Below, one piece after another: positions 46,476 through 57,300 of a stretch of 64,000 nucleotides of DNA. A program made the position numbers and the translations under genes. Positions within the stretch are counted from its first letter, which is position 1; each line of letters begins with the position of its first letter. The stretch lies in NCBI GenBank assembly GCA_973895155.1, contig OZ316897.1, forward strand, positions 12,113,832-12,177,831, written 5' to 3'. A model generated the notes under the pieces. The model did not search any database. It was not told where the DNA came from and saw only the letters and a list, made by a program, of their open reading frames with translations. The stretch comes from Marsupella aquatica. Lineage: Eukaryota; Plantae; Marchantiophyta.

Positions 46476-48401
46476 CTAGTTTAATGAAAGTCCAGAGGAT
46501 GGTCCTCCTCCATCTCCACCTCCACCTCCTGAAGGCCCCGCTCCATGAGGACCAAAGTTGAGGTTGAAATTGCAGCCATTCATAGTTCAATTGGTCAATG
46601 CCTTAATATTTTCAAAGACAGTGTTAATTACAGGGTTAACAATGGCCAAGTTTGGCAGCCGGGCAATGCCCTTAAATCTTGGATCAGAACAACTTCAAGC
46701 ATCCCAATCCATGAACTCAAAAAAAACATCCAAGTCCTTATCCTGTTCATCTTCAATGAAACCAGTCGGAACATTGTTGTCCAATGTGCTCAGGCCCCGT
46801 TCGACAGTAGGTGCCAAGAGCTCAACGCTTGCAGCTGCTGTGACAGCTTCAGTAGCCGCAACCTCCATCACCAGCTCAACTACTTGCTGAAGGAGAGTAG
46901 GCTCCATTTCTGTCACAGAAGGCAATGTCGACTCTGCAGAATCGGCAGCTACGCTCACCAAGAAACAAATTAGTTTTATTCACAAATATTCATAGACTGA
47001 CCAAATTGAGCACAAGTAATTGACTGAGCAAAACAGAGAATGAAAGACTGCTGTATTACCTTCGGATGGCAGCAACCCGGCTCCATCCTTCAGTTTCTTA
47101 GCCTGTGGCTCGTCCACCAAAGATACATCAGGCCCAGACCAATCTTCACACTTCTCACCATCAATAAGCACCCTCTTGCCATTTGCTGTCTCCAAAGTTA
47201 CTGTCCCAGGGTAAGGAGTCCCATCCGTGGCACACCTGAGTGCAGCTCGCACTTTAGCTTTTGTGCTACGATCATACCTCTCATACGCACCCTCGCTTTT
47301 GTGACCTGAGATCTTCATCCCAACCTTTGGTGGAACACCCTCAGCTCCCATTCGCGAAATACAAGTGGTACGTCCAGTTTTATTGGAGACACCATCTGTA
47401 TCGAGGCCAGCCTCCTGATGCAGTACTTTTAGACAAGAGCCGAGGGTCTTCTCACCGAGTCTCGATGTCAAATACCATGCATGTGTCCTCGGGTGGTCAA
47501 TACACTAATAAAATAAAATAAAAGTGGCACTTACAGGTAGATGAAGGACCAACATCTTTATGGTCTCGATCACATCGAAATCATAGTTTATGACAGCGGG
47601 CCTGAAATGCTCCTCCTGGTAGCGATCCATACTTAGGTACCTGTAGTTCTTGTTGAATCGCTCATCTACTTCACAAAATCACCGTGAACATCAACTCCAA
47701 AAGCAAAGTCAGATTTCATGAGATTATACAGCTCCTTACCACCACAAATACAAAATCGATTCAGCAAAAAGAAAACTGCCCTCCGCTGCAGGCCTCTAGA
47801 GTGTGAAACAGAGGTACTAGAATGAGCAAGTATGGTGGCCTCATCAGCAAAAGTGATCACAGAGGCTTTCTTCCAGGGCAAGTTTTCCCCTGCCTTCCGC
47901 GAGCGTTCCATAGCCAGCACGCACGCACGCAACAGCAACCGGCTTGAACTGAGGCGACGATCTCATGTCGAACACAGGTTCTTCCTTACCTGTTTCGACA
48001 ATGCGCTTCTCTTGCTTCTTACGTAGAATCCGGTGAAACGCTCGATACAGCCCCATCAAGGTCTGGGAGGGATAGAGATTACTATTCTTCTTACAAACCT
48101 GCTCAGAAAACTTTGACAAGAGTAACACACAATCTTGGCCAGGGAGTTCCTCGAATGGAATGGCGCTATTCCAGCCCTTAAACTCACGGAACTTAGTCAG
48201 ACGATATGCAGCCCACTTATCTACAGCAGCGCTGGGGTTGCTTCCACCCTTGGCAAGGGTATGCTGAAACTGCTCATCTTCTGGTAGGAACTCGCAACAC
48301 ATTCCGTTTGGAAGATTAACAGTAAGGTGTTGGGGTGCCATGGACTCAGGCGCGATCAAGTCAGGACACCATTCAGATTCTGAATGTCTGATTCTAAACA
48401 A
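46476..48401 (-). pseudogene. Crypton/DUF3504 (ZMYM/QRICH1/KCTD1-type) tyrosine recombinase-like pseudogene
   Basis: Ordered motifs LLSKFSEQVCKKNSNLYPSQTL; LQRRAVFFLLNRFCICGGKELYNL; K(Y)DERFNKNY; WYLTSRLGEKTL; SNKTGRTT..M...GV....MKISGHKS..AYERY; C-terminal NGCNFNLNF. Frameshifts near 47920 and 47668 plus internal stops. Confidence 0.75.
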
Positions 48402-49751
48402 GAAAAAGAATCAGCACCGGACGAACATTTGCCTACTGGCTTGACGATCATTCCTCCCGTTGCTGCAATAGTCGATGTCATGGCTGACGTGCCCAAGCTG
48501 AAGGATGGCGCTTGCTCTCTAGCTAGCAACCTCTAGGAGTCATTGATGTTAAGGAGTCAATCAGTCCACTAAAAACGAGGCCTTGATCGGCTCTACTAGT
48601 GTCCGCAGCTGAGACAAACATCAAGAGTTGAATAGAAATAAGTGAAGAAGTTGACAGTCAAAGCAGTAAGTGAAGCAGTCGACGGTCTAAAGTGAGGCCC
48701 GATTGACTCTACTAGTGTTCGCAGCTGAGACAAACATCAAGAGTCAAATAGCAGTAAGTGTTCAAGCAGTCGACAGTTAAAGTAGTAAGTGAAGCAAGAT
48801 TTCGACAGTGGACAATGATGAAGCAATCGACAGTCAAATAGTTGTAAGCACCTCCAAATGGTTATTGATGAAGCAGTCGATAGGCGAAGAGCAATAAGTG
48901 AATATAAACGAGTGCATTCAACGTCAATGAATGCAATTAAACAATCAACAAAACCTGGCGATGATTTGCGAGGCATTATTGACCACCTTCGTCCTACACT
49001 CCAATCGACAACTCTGTGCAGATAGTTAAATATCAGCCGCAGGCAAAAGTAATTAGAACCTAGCAAAAAATGAAAAGAGGATTTGCAATCATGCCATGTC
49101 GACATTCACAAAGCATTCAAAGATGAACATTCAATAAAGCATGGAAATGCCTCGCAAATGACTCTGAAGGTGCCAATCCTGCGCATTCGCAATCTCGAAG
49201 CCTCGCACTCTCCACGGCCTGTCAGTGGTGCGCACCCTCCAGAACAACGATCCACCTCCAAGCCCATGTAAAGAGTGTTGCCCACTCTAAAATGATCCTC
49301 CCGTAGACGACTGGAACTCCGCAGCCTAGCGGCGCGGCGTCCGCAAAAAATGGAATGAGGTAAAGCAATCGTGAGGGCACACCTAAGTAACGCCCACCCA
49401 GGTATCAACTGACTTGGACTTCCCAATCTCAGCCGTCCAATATCGACCACCCGTTGGATCTTGATCGAGAACCACCCTAAACCCTGCGATCTGAAATCTG
49501 TGCCGTTAGTTTTCAAATGACCGGCCTAGATTGGATGCGGATGGGGCGTCACAGGAGCCACCAAGGCAGGACACATCCCCCCTCAAATCTGGGCCGTCGG
49601 AAGGAGGCTGAACATGCGCCCCTCAATCTTGACGTACAGTAGCACCCTGAAATCTGGGCTGTCGAGGGATGACGAACATGCAATCCGTGCCAGGCGCCTC
49701 CAATTGTGACTGTAGATTTTGGGTTTTGAAAACCCCATGACCTTTAACAAA

Positions 49752-49875
49752 TATTTAGGGTCCCCCTCCGCACCTTAATGGCGTATTGGGGCTCCCGTAC
49801 ACCTCCCCGCTCCCGCGGGTCGGCATATGGTCGCCCCCAATACGCCATTAAGGTGCATGGAGGGACCTTAAACAT
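49752..49875. repeat. Small hairpin or MITE-like inverted repeat inside the TIR element
   Basis: gcaccttaatggcgtattgggg (49770-49791) is perfectly inverted at 49835-49856; imperfect extension outward. Confidence 0.8.
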
Positions 49876-50980
49876 ATACATTTTTACAACGGAAACACCA
49901 GCCCCATTATTACAAAGGAAACATTGTTGCAAATGTTAACACATTTGCCTCCCCACTTTTGGCAGTGCCATACCTTCACTCTAGATCTTTGAGCAGCTGC
50001 AACCTTCGCCCCTAGGGTTTACACACAGAGGCGCAACAAAGTTGTCACTGTGTACCTCATTTTCCCTGCATTTTCTTGCCCTGTTTTTTACAAAGACACA
50101 AACATCGCAAATCCAAAATGGGCCGCCACAGGGAGGGGGAAGCTTAACTTGGGAGGGTTAGTCCAGACCAATCATGCCTCGACATCTGGCAGCGGGGACC
50201 TGACGTTGGGTTAGTACTAACCCATATACGGTTGGGGGCAGGGAAGCAAATACATTCGTTTGGGGGACACCTTAGAGATTTCGGCAAGTTAGGGGGACAG
50301 GCTCATAAAAAGCCCATTGCTTAAATAGACCCCTTCCTCGAGATATGGTTTGCTTGATCAGCCCCTAGAAACTTTTTTGCCTCAATCATATCCCTCTTTA
50401 TGATCCGTACTGAATGTTCTTCTATAAGTTCTTATAGATAAGTTTTTGGGTTAGAAGCACCAAACTGGGTGAATTGTGACTGTATGCCTCAACCACGAAC
50501 CATGCAAATATTTGAAAGTAAACCGTGCCCGTCACCGGGGCTTGAACTGAGTGCAGGCAACGTTGTGGAGACATGTCACTCCTTTTTGCGCTGCCTGTAC
50601 ATCGACATTAGGGCTATTCGGATTTGACGACATTCACATGAATGTCTTCACTTTGTAAACATCATTCAGTGTTTTGCGATATCCTCTCATTACGTCATTT
50701 TCATCCACGCAAGAATAGCGACGAGTTTCCGTGGCTTTCACAAGGTGCACAAACCTGTCAGATTCAATTGCACAAGAAAGCAAGGTAATGTTATGCAGAT
50801 GGTTGAAAAAACACTAAGTGTGGTGAGAAGACAATGTCCACAATGTCTCCCAAAACCATCAATTTTGGCCATTTACCCCGCCCAAATGGCATGGGCGAGC
50901 AAAATATGCTCTAGCTCAACATGCATTCCTTGGGTAACTGCAGGTCAGTCGTGTAGTCCCCAAATATCTCTTTGTAAATG

Positions 50981-53900
50981 GACCAGCCAAAAAGATGATG
51001 TCCGTTTGGGAGTCGCGCCTCCGTGGGTCCAGGACATCCAGCACTAATTTCTGTAGGCAACAGGGACATCCTCTGTATAGCCCCATATCCGATGGAATGA
51101 GAAACTACACTAGTCGTTGTTTTGGAATTCACGAGATAACTATTGGGGTCTGAATCGAATGGCGCTGGATTGGGTTTGAGCATATGGCGTAAGTCCCCTC
51201 ATATCCAAATTCAAGCCACCCTCTCCATCAAATAGTCTTAGCAATTCCCTCCTCCACTGCTCAGGGTCCCTAAAAGCCACACCAGACAATCATTCAGCAC
51301 TGACTTCAGACTTGATGATTCCAACTAGAATTATCGTATGATCTTTGCATGTATCTCTATCAACACTGGTTCACTGTTTTCGTTGAGACAACTTCTATCT
51401 CTGTCAACTCCTTAATAAGTTCCCTTAACGCGGGATTTAACTTCAATGGTCCTCCAAACGAATCTTGTACAGTAGAACTCAACGGGGATATCATAGAACA
51501 TCGTGATGACGCCGGTGGTTTCTCCCAAAATGAATTTCCTCCTCCACTGCTCAGGGTCCCTAAAAGCCACACCAGACAATCATTCAGCACTAAGCTCAGA
51601 CTTGAGGATTCCAACTAGAATTATCGTACGATCTTTGCATGTAGCTCTCTCAACACTGGTTCACTGTTTTCGTTGAGACAACTCTGTCAACACCTGAATA
51701 AGTTCCTTGACGCGAATTATAACTTCAATGGCCCTCCAAACGAATCTTGTAATGTAGAACTCGACGGGGATATCATAGAACATCGTGATGACGCCGGTGG
51801 TTTTTCCTAAAATGAATTTCTTATCAAGCTCATCACTATTGCAACGTGCAGGTCCGCATGCCCAGTTTGGGCAATTCCAGCTTCCAGCGTTTCCACGGGA
51901 TAGTTGCCTACTAGCTATGCAACAATTACCCTGTAATCTAAAACTTTCCGACGCGGTCGTCACTACAGACTCCAGATATAGAGTGTCCAGAAATATGCGT
52001 TTTCTTAATCTAATGCAACATTAGAGTAGACCCTCCTCCAGAATTTTCAGCTAAAACCAATCCCAAGAGAAGAAACGAAAGATTATACCCAGCCCTGACG
52101 AATAAAAGCTCGTAAATACGAAACATTTTCTTGGTTATGTCTGTACAAAACTTCCCACTACAGAGATAATCGAAGTCTCTTCGACATATGACTTCATACT
52201 CGTGATGCAGAAAATGGTGTGACTAACTTCTTTAGCGGCGAACCATGAGACCGTGGACATATCGAAGCTAGGCAGCATTTACTCAAGAAAAAACGAGGAC
52301 GGCAACCAACTGAACAACATTTACCTCAATTGGTCAAAATGCCTATCGGAATATCAATTGGGGAAAACTTTGATGCACATCTTCACGAGAATTCCGCCAG
52401 GAAAGGAACGTTCAAATTCCAATCAAGCCCGACTTACTATAGCTCTGCGTGGCTCTAAACTACACAGTTTTCTTCATTTGCTTGTCTCAACGGTTTGAGT
52501 ATTTTCTCCTTTTCTAATTTTCAATTCTTCGATTGCAGCCAAGAATTTGATCGTTTTGGGAGAAAGTACTGAATTATGTACTTCAAGAGAAACAGGCAGT
52601 TCTCACGTATACATCTGCCCTTGCGTCGAAAGAACAAGATTAGGATCATCCAGAAATGAAACTCTCTAATCCGGATATTCGAAGTATAAATATGTCAAGC
52701 CCGATGGAGAAATCTGTGTGGTCGCAGGCGCGTGCTCGGCAAAAAATGGATCCCGATCCTTTCAGCTGAAGAAACCAAATCCTGGGGAACTAGATTACCC
52801 AACTGTGCTAAATAAATTCTCCAGAATCTCGCTATTCGAAGGAGAAATATGTCAAGCATTTGACGAGAAGCTATGACGTTCTGGTCGTCCAGGGACAGCA
52901 AATTTGGCAATTATAATATATGCAAAAGGATCTGCTTCCTAGCCTGACGGAATAAACGAAGATACGACTTACTACTTTAACAGAGATCGAGAAGACCATG
53001 GACATAGAATCCAGACACAAATTATTGAAGAAAAAACAAGGACAGCAACCAAGTGAACTCACATGTCGGTGGCGTCAACGAGTAACGTAGGGTTCGCAGG
53101 GCTTCATGACAGCTTCTCCCATTGGCAAACACATTTCATGATTGTCCAATTCACCTCTCGGCATATCATTTCGAGAAACATTAATTCAGCAAGTCTGCCA
53201 CCAAAGGACCGTCCAATAAAGCCCCAATTACTAAAGCTATGCTTGGTTCTAAACTACGTGTAGTTTGTCTAGACCAAATAGATTAAGACCGGTCATTCTT
53301 TGCATTGGATTCTTCACTGTCCAAATCACAGTGCTTTTCCCAATTCCATCGACCTAAGTGTGGTTCCCTCGATTGTGCGACAAAACTGCATAAAGGCTTT
53401 GTATTTGCATCCCAGGTTGATCGTTGCCCACTAATGAAGAGCATGTCACATTGGGGGAGGGGGAAATCGAAATTCCTGTTCTTAGCAATGAACAATTTCC
53501 TCCATTAGCTCCACCTATTGCCACTCGCGCCAGAAGCACCTGAAAGAGTAGACCGAGGTAATGTTAGTTACTGCTTGTTTGATTCACATAATAAAACAAT
53601 TGTAACGCACTCTGGAATTTCAGAAGCCATGCAATTATTCAGATGAGAAAAACACTGGCGGCTCTACACTTGAACTCACGGAGGCGTCGTCTTTGTGCTC
53701 AATGCTGTCGTCAATTCCATCAAGCGACTAAAAATATATAAACCACACAATTCGTAAGATGGAATGCAAATAAATGTCTTCGTAAGTCAGATGGAGTTGA
53801 AACCGTCGGCCAAAAATCGAAGTTAGAGAATCAAACCAAATGCTCATTCAAATCTCCCCAGATCACTTGCAAGGGCAATCTTTCTTCGCCTCATCATTGT

Positions 53901-54367
53901 CTTTCAACATGAGAAAGCTCATTGAAAACAAGATGAACGATAAGGGTAGTCGCTTCACGGTTAGAGTCAACGCTTCTAGGTACTTGACTGGACAAAACTG
54001 AAACACGCAATTTGCTGCATGTAAAAATGCTCAACATTGTCCGCCAACACGGAGTATGCTCCAGAAATCGCGGGTCTAGTAGACGGACATCCTGCCGACA
54101 AAACTCCTTCCACCAAGTGGATGCCCAAGTACTCACGACAACTATTAAATGGAAATGATAATTTCTGAGTGTTGCTGGAGCTCTACCTCACCACATCAAG
54201 TTCTTCTGGGTACAGTCCACGCGCTGAACGGTAGACTTCTAGTTGTACCAATTTTGGCCCGGAAAGTCATCTGTTCAGACAGCCTTTCATCCCACTTACA
54301 CCAATGCGCTGCTACATCCTTGGCAGGCAGCCAGAAGTTGTGTCAATCTCTCAGGATCGACCACGGT
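50981..54367. repeat. Third copy of the co-duplicated downstream block (Roco copy 4 unit), with an internal 290-bp duplication and a ~140-bp deletion
   Basis: Matches 18808-22022. cctccactgctcaggg occurs at 51251 and 51541; deletion near 52182. Confidence 0.9.
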
Positions 54368-57300
54368 TTACATGTCGTTAACCAGATTAGACTTCCTGAA
54401 CTTCTGATGACAGTCGGTGCAGATCCAAACAACACCATGGAGAGAACCATCGTTGTATGCCAAACACACCTTTCGAAGTCCTAACTTCTCCTCGTAGGCT
54501 TCTGCTGTCAATTTTCTTACTAAATTAGTGATGGCTGCTCTACTCTTTCCATACAAATCCTGAGGGTTCAAAGGGGGACCAGTAGGATCAAGTCCCATGC
54601 CCTCAGTCATCAGCTTATCTAATTCTGGCATTGAGTACTCGGTGGCCCAGACGATTCCATCTAACACTGATTTTCCTTGCTGTACTTGCTGGAAGTCGGG
54701 CAGTAGCAAACCCGTCCCAGGGGCTACGACATTCGCTGCAATTTTTGCAGAGATTAAGAGAACTGTGAGCGACACTTTGAGCCACGGGACAAGTGTTTTC
54801 AGGGCCGGCTTGAGGTCTGAAACAACCAGACCCAGCTGGTCCTTGACTTGATGCGGTGTGTAACTATTGTACCTGGCCTCACATGCAAATTGCAAACGAA
54901 CATCGACACTTGGTGACAAAGCCTCCTTCAATGTAGCCCTTACACCAGAATCTCGTTTCCCCAAATAGATGAGGTTTGGGCAGGTTCTATCCTTGTCTTC
55001 TTTCAGAAATCTGTCAGTGTCTTGAAGCTTCCGAAACACCCTTTTCTGCTCCTTCAAAACCTCTGCAAATCCCTCCACAAGCATCCTTTCAACATTCTTC
55101 ACCTGCTTGTAGATGTTATCCTGATTGTTCATAATCTTATCCAGCTTCTCATCCATATTGTGCAGCTTTCTGTTAACAGTTGATAATCTTTGCATCTTCT
55201 CGGCAGTTGGGCTTGTAGGTGGATTCGCCATTTCAATGCCATCCGATGCCAGTGCCGGCTCCTCCACCTTGTCCCCGTCTGTTGAGATATCCAACTCCTC
55301 AGTTAACTCGGGTGGATAGATTCCCAGGGTGACAGCTTCCTGTAATCCTTGCCTCAAAACATTCAGGTCGTTCTTTGCTGACATAATCACATACTTTTTG
55401 TCCTTTGTGGACAGCAGCTGATCTTCTGTTATTGCAGAATCATAGCCGACACGCCACTGCATTTTTCTTCCCATGCCATGCACTTGCACGCACTTCTTCA
55501 CTTCAGCCACTTCCACATTTCTGTGCTTCATGTACCCTTCTTGTCTAGACTGGGAAACCGGCCAAGGCCAAACCACTTTCTGCACGTACCGAACCCCTCC
55601 ACAAATCTCATTCCACAGGTCCAGGAGTATATTGACAAGGTCATCAGCCAGGTTCACTCGGCAATTTTTCCGTTGTATAACATCCATCTCGTCTTTCCTG
55701 AATTGCGGCTTCACCAAAATGCTGATCTCATCAAATGTGGGAGAGTACTTTTCGGTGTTAACCTCAATCCTTACGTTCATGTAATCCACTGTGAACGTCA
55801 TGAAATACTTACCAGCAACAAAGTCATTGTCTAGGACATTTCCATTATTGAACTCTGGGCTCTGAGCAAGCTGAACCTGAAATCTATGCCACAAGGACAT
55901 TGGTGCTAGAGTCATCTCCTTTTGCTGGTGCTGAATAGAGAAACCCATCACCCACTGCTCCTCTCCATCATCATGTTTGCTCCTAGACTGCCACCCATCT
56001 TCAGGATCCAAATTCCCATCAATAAGAGACGGTATAAACAGTCTGTCGCCCTTGCCCTTGTAGCACAATCCCAACCATAGCAAGATAGCAATCAGATCTT
56101 CACAATCTTTGAGACCCCACCTAGCTTCAAAGAACTCCTTGAATGTATCCATTGAAATAGAACCTGTGGTTGCATCCAGTTTTCTTCTAAAGATATGGTC
56201 GCCCTTTGTAAGCTTGACGATATCTTCAGAAAGGAACATATTCCCTATAATTTCCTTGCAGAACCAGTTCGGATTGAGGATAATAAGCTTTGGAGAAGGG
56301 ATACCCCATTGAGCAGGAAAGCTCTTGTCAACGTTTATCAGGACTCCAGCTTGGTCCAGATATTTAGTTGCTGATAAAATTGCTTCGTGAGGCCAGTCCT
56401 CACGTAATTGCTCAACCTTCTCCACAAATTCGTCCCAACCTAGCACAGGGAACTCCTTCCTCGCCTCACTCCAAATAGGAAGCCTTTGTTGAATGACATC
56501 ACAGATCTCGGGAACAATCTGTTCTTTAAGCAATGTTCTGGAATGTTCTAAGAGACATGTTTTAAAACCATTGACTTTCCCTCTTCTCCGAACATCCACT
56601 ATAAAAAGATCAGAACGAACATCCAAAAGGCCAGTAAACTTTTTCCTCTTTTCCTTTAGCAGCACCTCCCAATCTTGGCTGTTTCTCTGTACCTGTTTAT
56701 GTCCTCCCATGTTGTTCAGGACAACAAAGACATGTCGGGTTTGTCTGGTGGCCTCGTGGTAGCTCGATGCAATGTAACGTAACCAGTAATCAAGCTGTTT
56801 GTCGACCTCATTTGGTGGACAGCTGGAATTGCAAACAATGACAAATATGGTAGCTGCTCCTTGAGAGATGGTAGCGGTCCCATCTGAGAAACTTAGAGCG
56901 GGGAAGAAAGCATTGTGCACCAAATGATAATCTTCCTGTCCCGCCATGTCCCAAACCAGGAGTGTTATTGGGTTTTGATTTTTCCTCTTGCTACCTTTGC
57001 TGCCAATTTTGGAGACATCAATGCCTCTTGTGCGGTCCTCCACGTGAGGCCTCGTTTCCCATGTCCCTAGTGATCGCCAAAGTGTCCTCTTCAATGTATG
57101 ACAAAGTGTTGTCTTCCCCACATATGGATCTCCGCATAGATAAATCTTTCCAAAGGCAGCTGGGACCATGGAAGAGCCCGAGAGCCCCGCTAAAATATCC
57201 TTGTATCTGGTATTGCGCTTCCTTAGTTGCTGATATTGGCGTTTCAATTTTGGAAACATGAACCACTCAAAATCCACTTTTACAGTGAGAGACTTGTTTA

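Larger units (their letters stand above)
45743..50316. mobile_element. 4.57-kb element with ~205-bp imperfect TIRs and an 8-bp TSD (TTGCTTAA), carrying a decayed tyrosine-recombinase-like gene
   Basis: 45743-45948 is the imperfect reverse complement of ~50112-50316 (shared ctaaggtgtcccccaaac, gggttagtactaaccc, agttaagcttccccctccctgtggcggcccattttgga). TTGCTTAA lies at 45735-45742 and 50317-50324. Confidence 0.85.
45728..50960. mobile_element. Remnant of a second MULE-family terminus (45728-45742 plus 50325-~50960), split by a nested insertion
   Basis: Rejoined GAGGGATTTGCTTAA-ATAGACCCC...TTGATCAGCCCC...ACTTTTTTG...CCGTAC resembles the TIR at 28172-28270. 50800-50910 is an inverted relative of the 117-bp unit. 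Confidence 0.65.

Noticed and set aside
46545-46973. Plus-strand ORFs inside the TIR element as a separate gene or transposase
   Set aside because: Antisense to the last exon of the recombinase-like gene; no DDE motifs.
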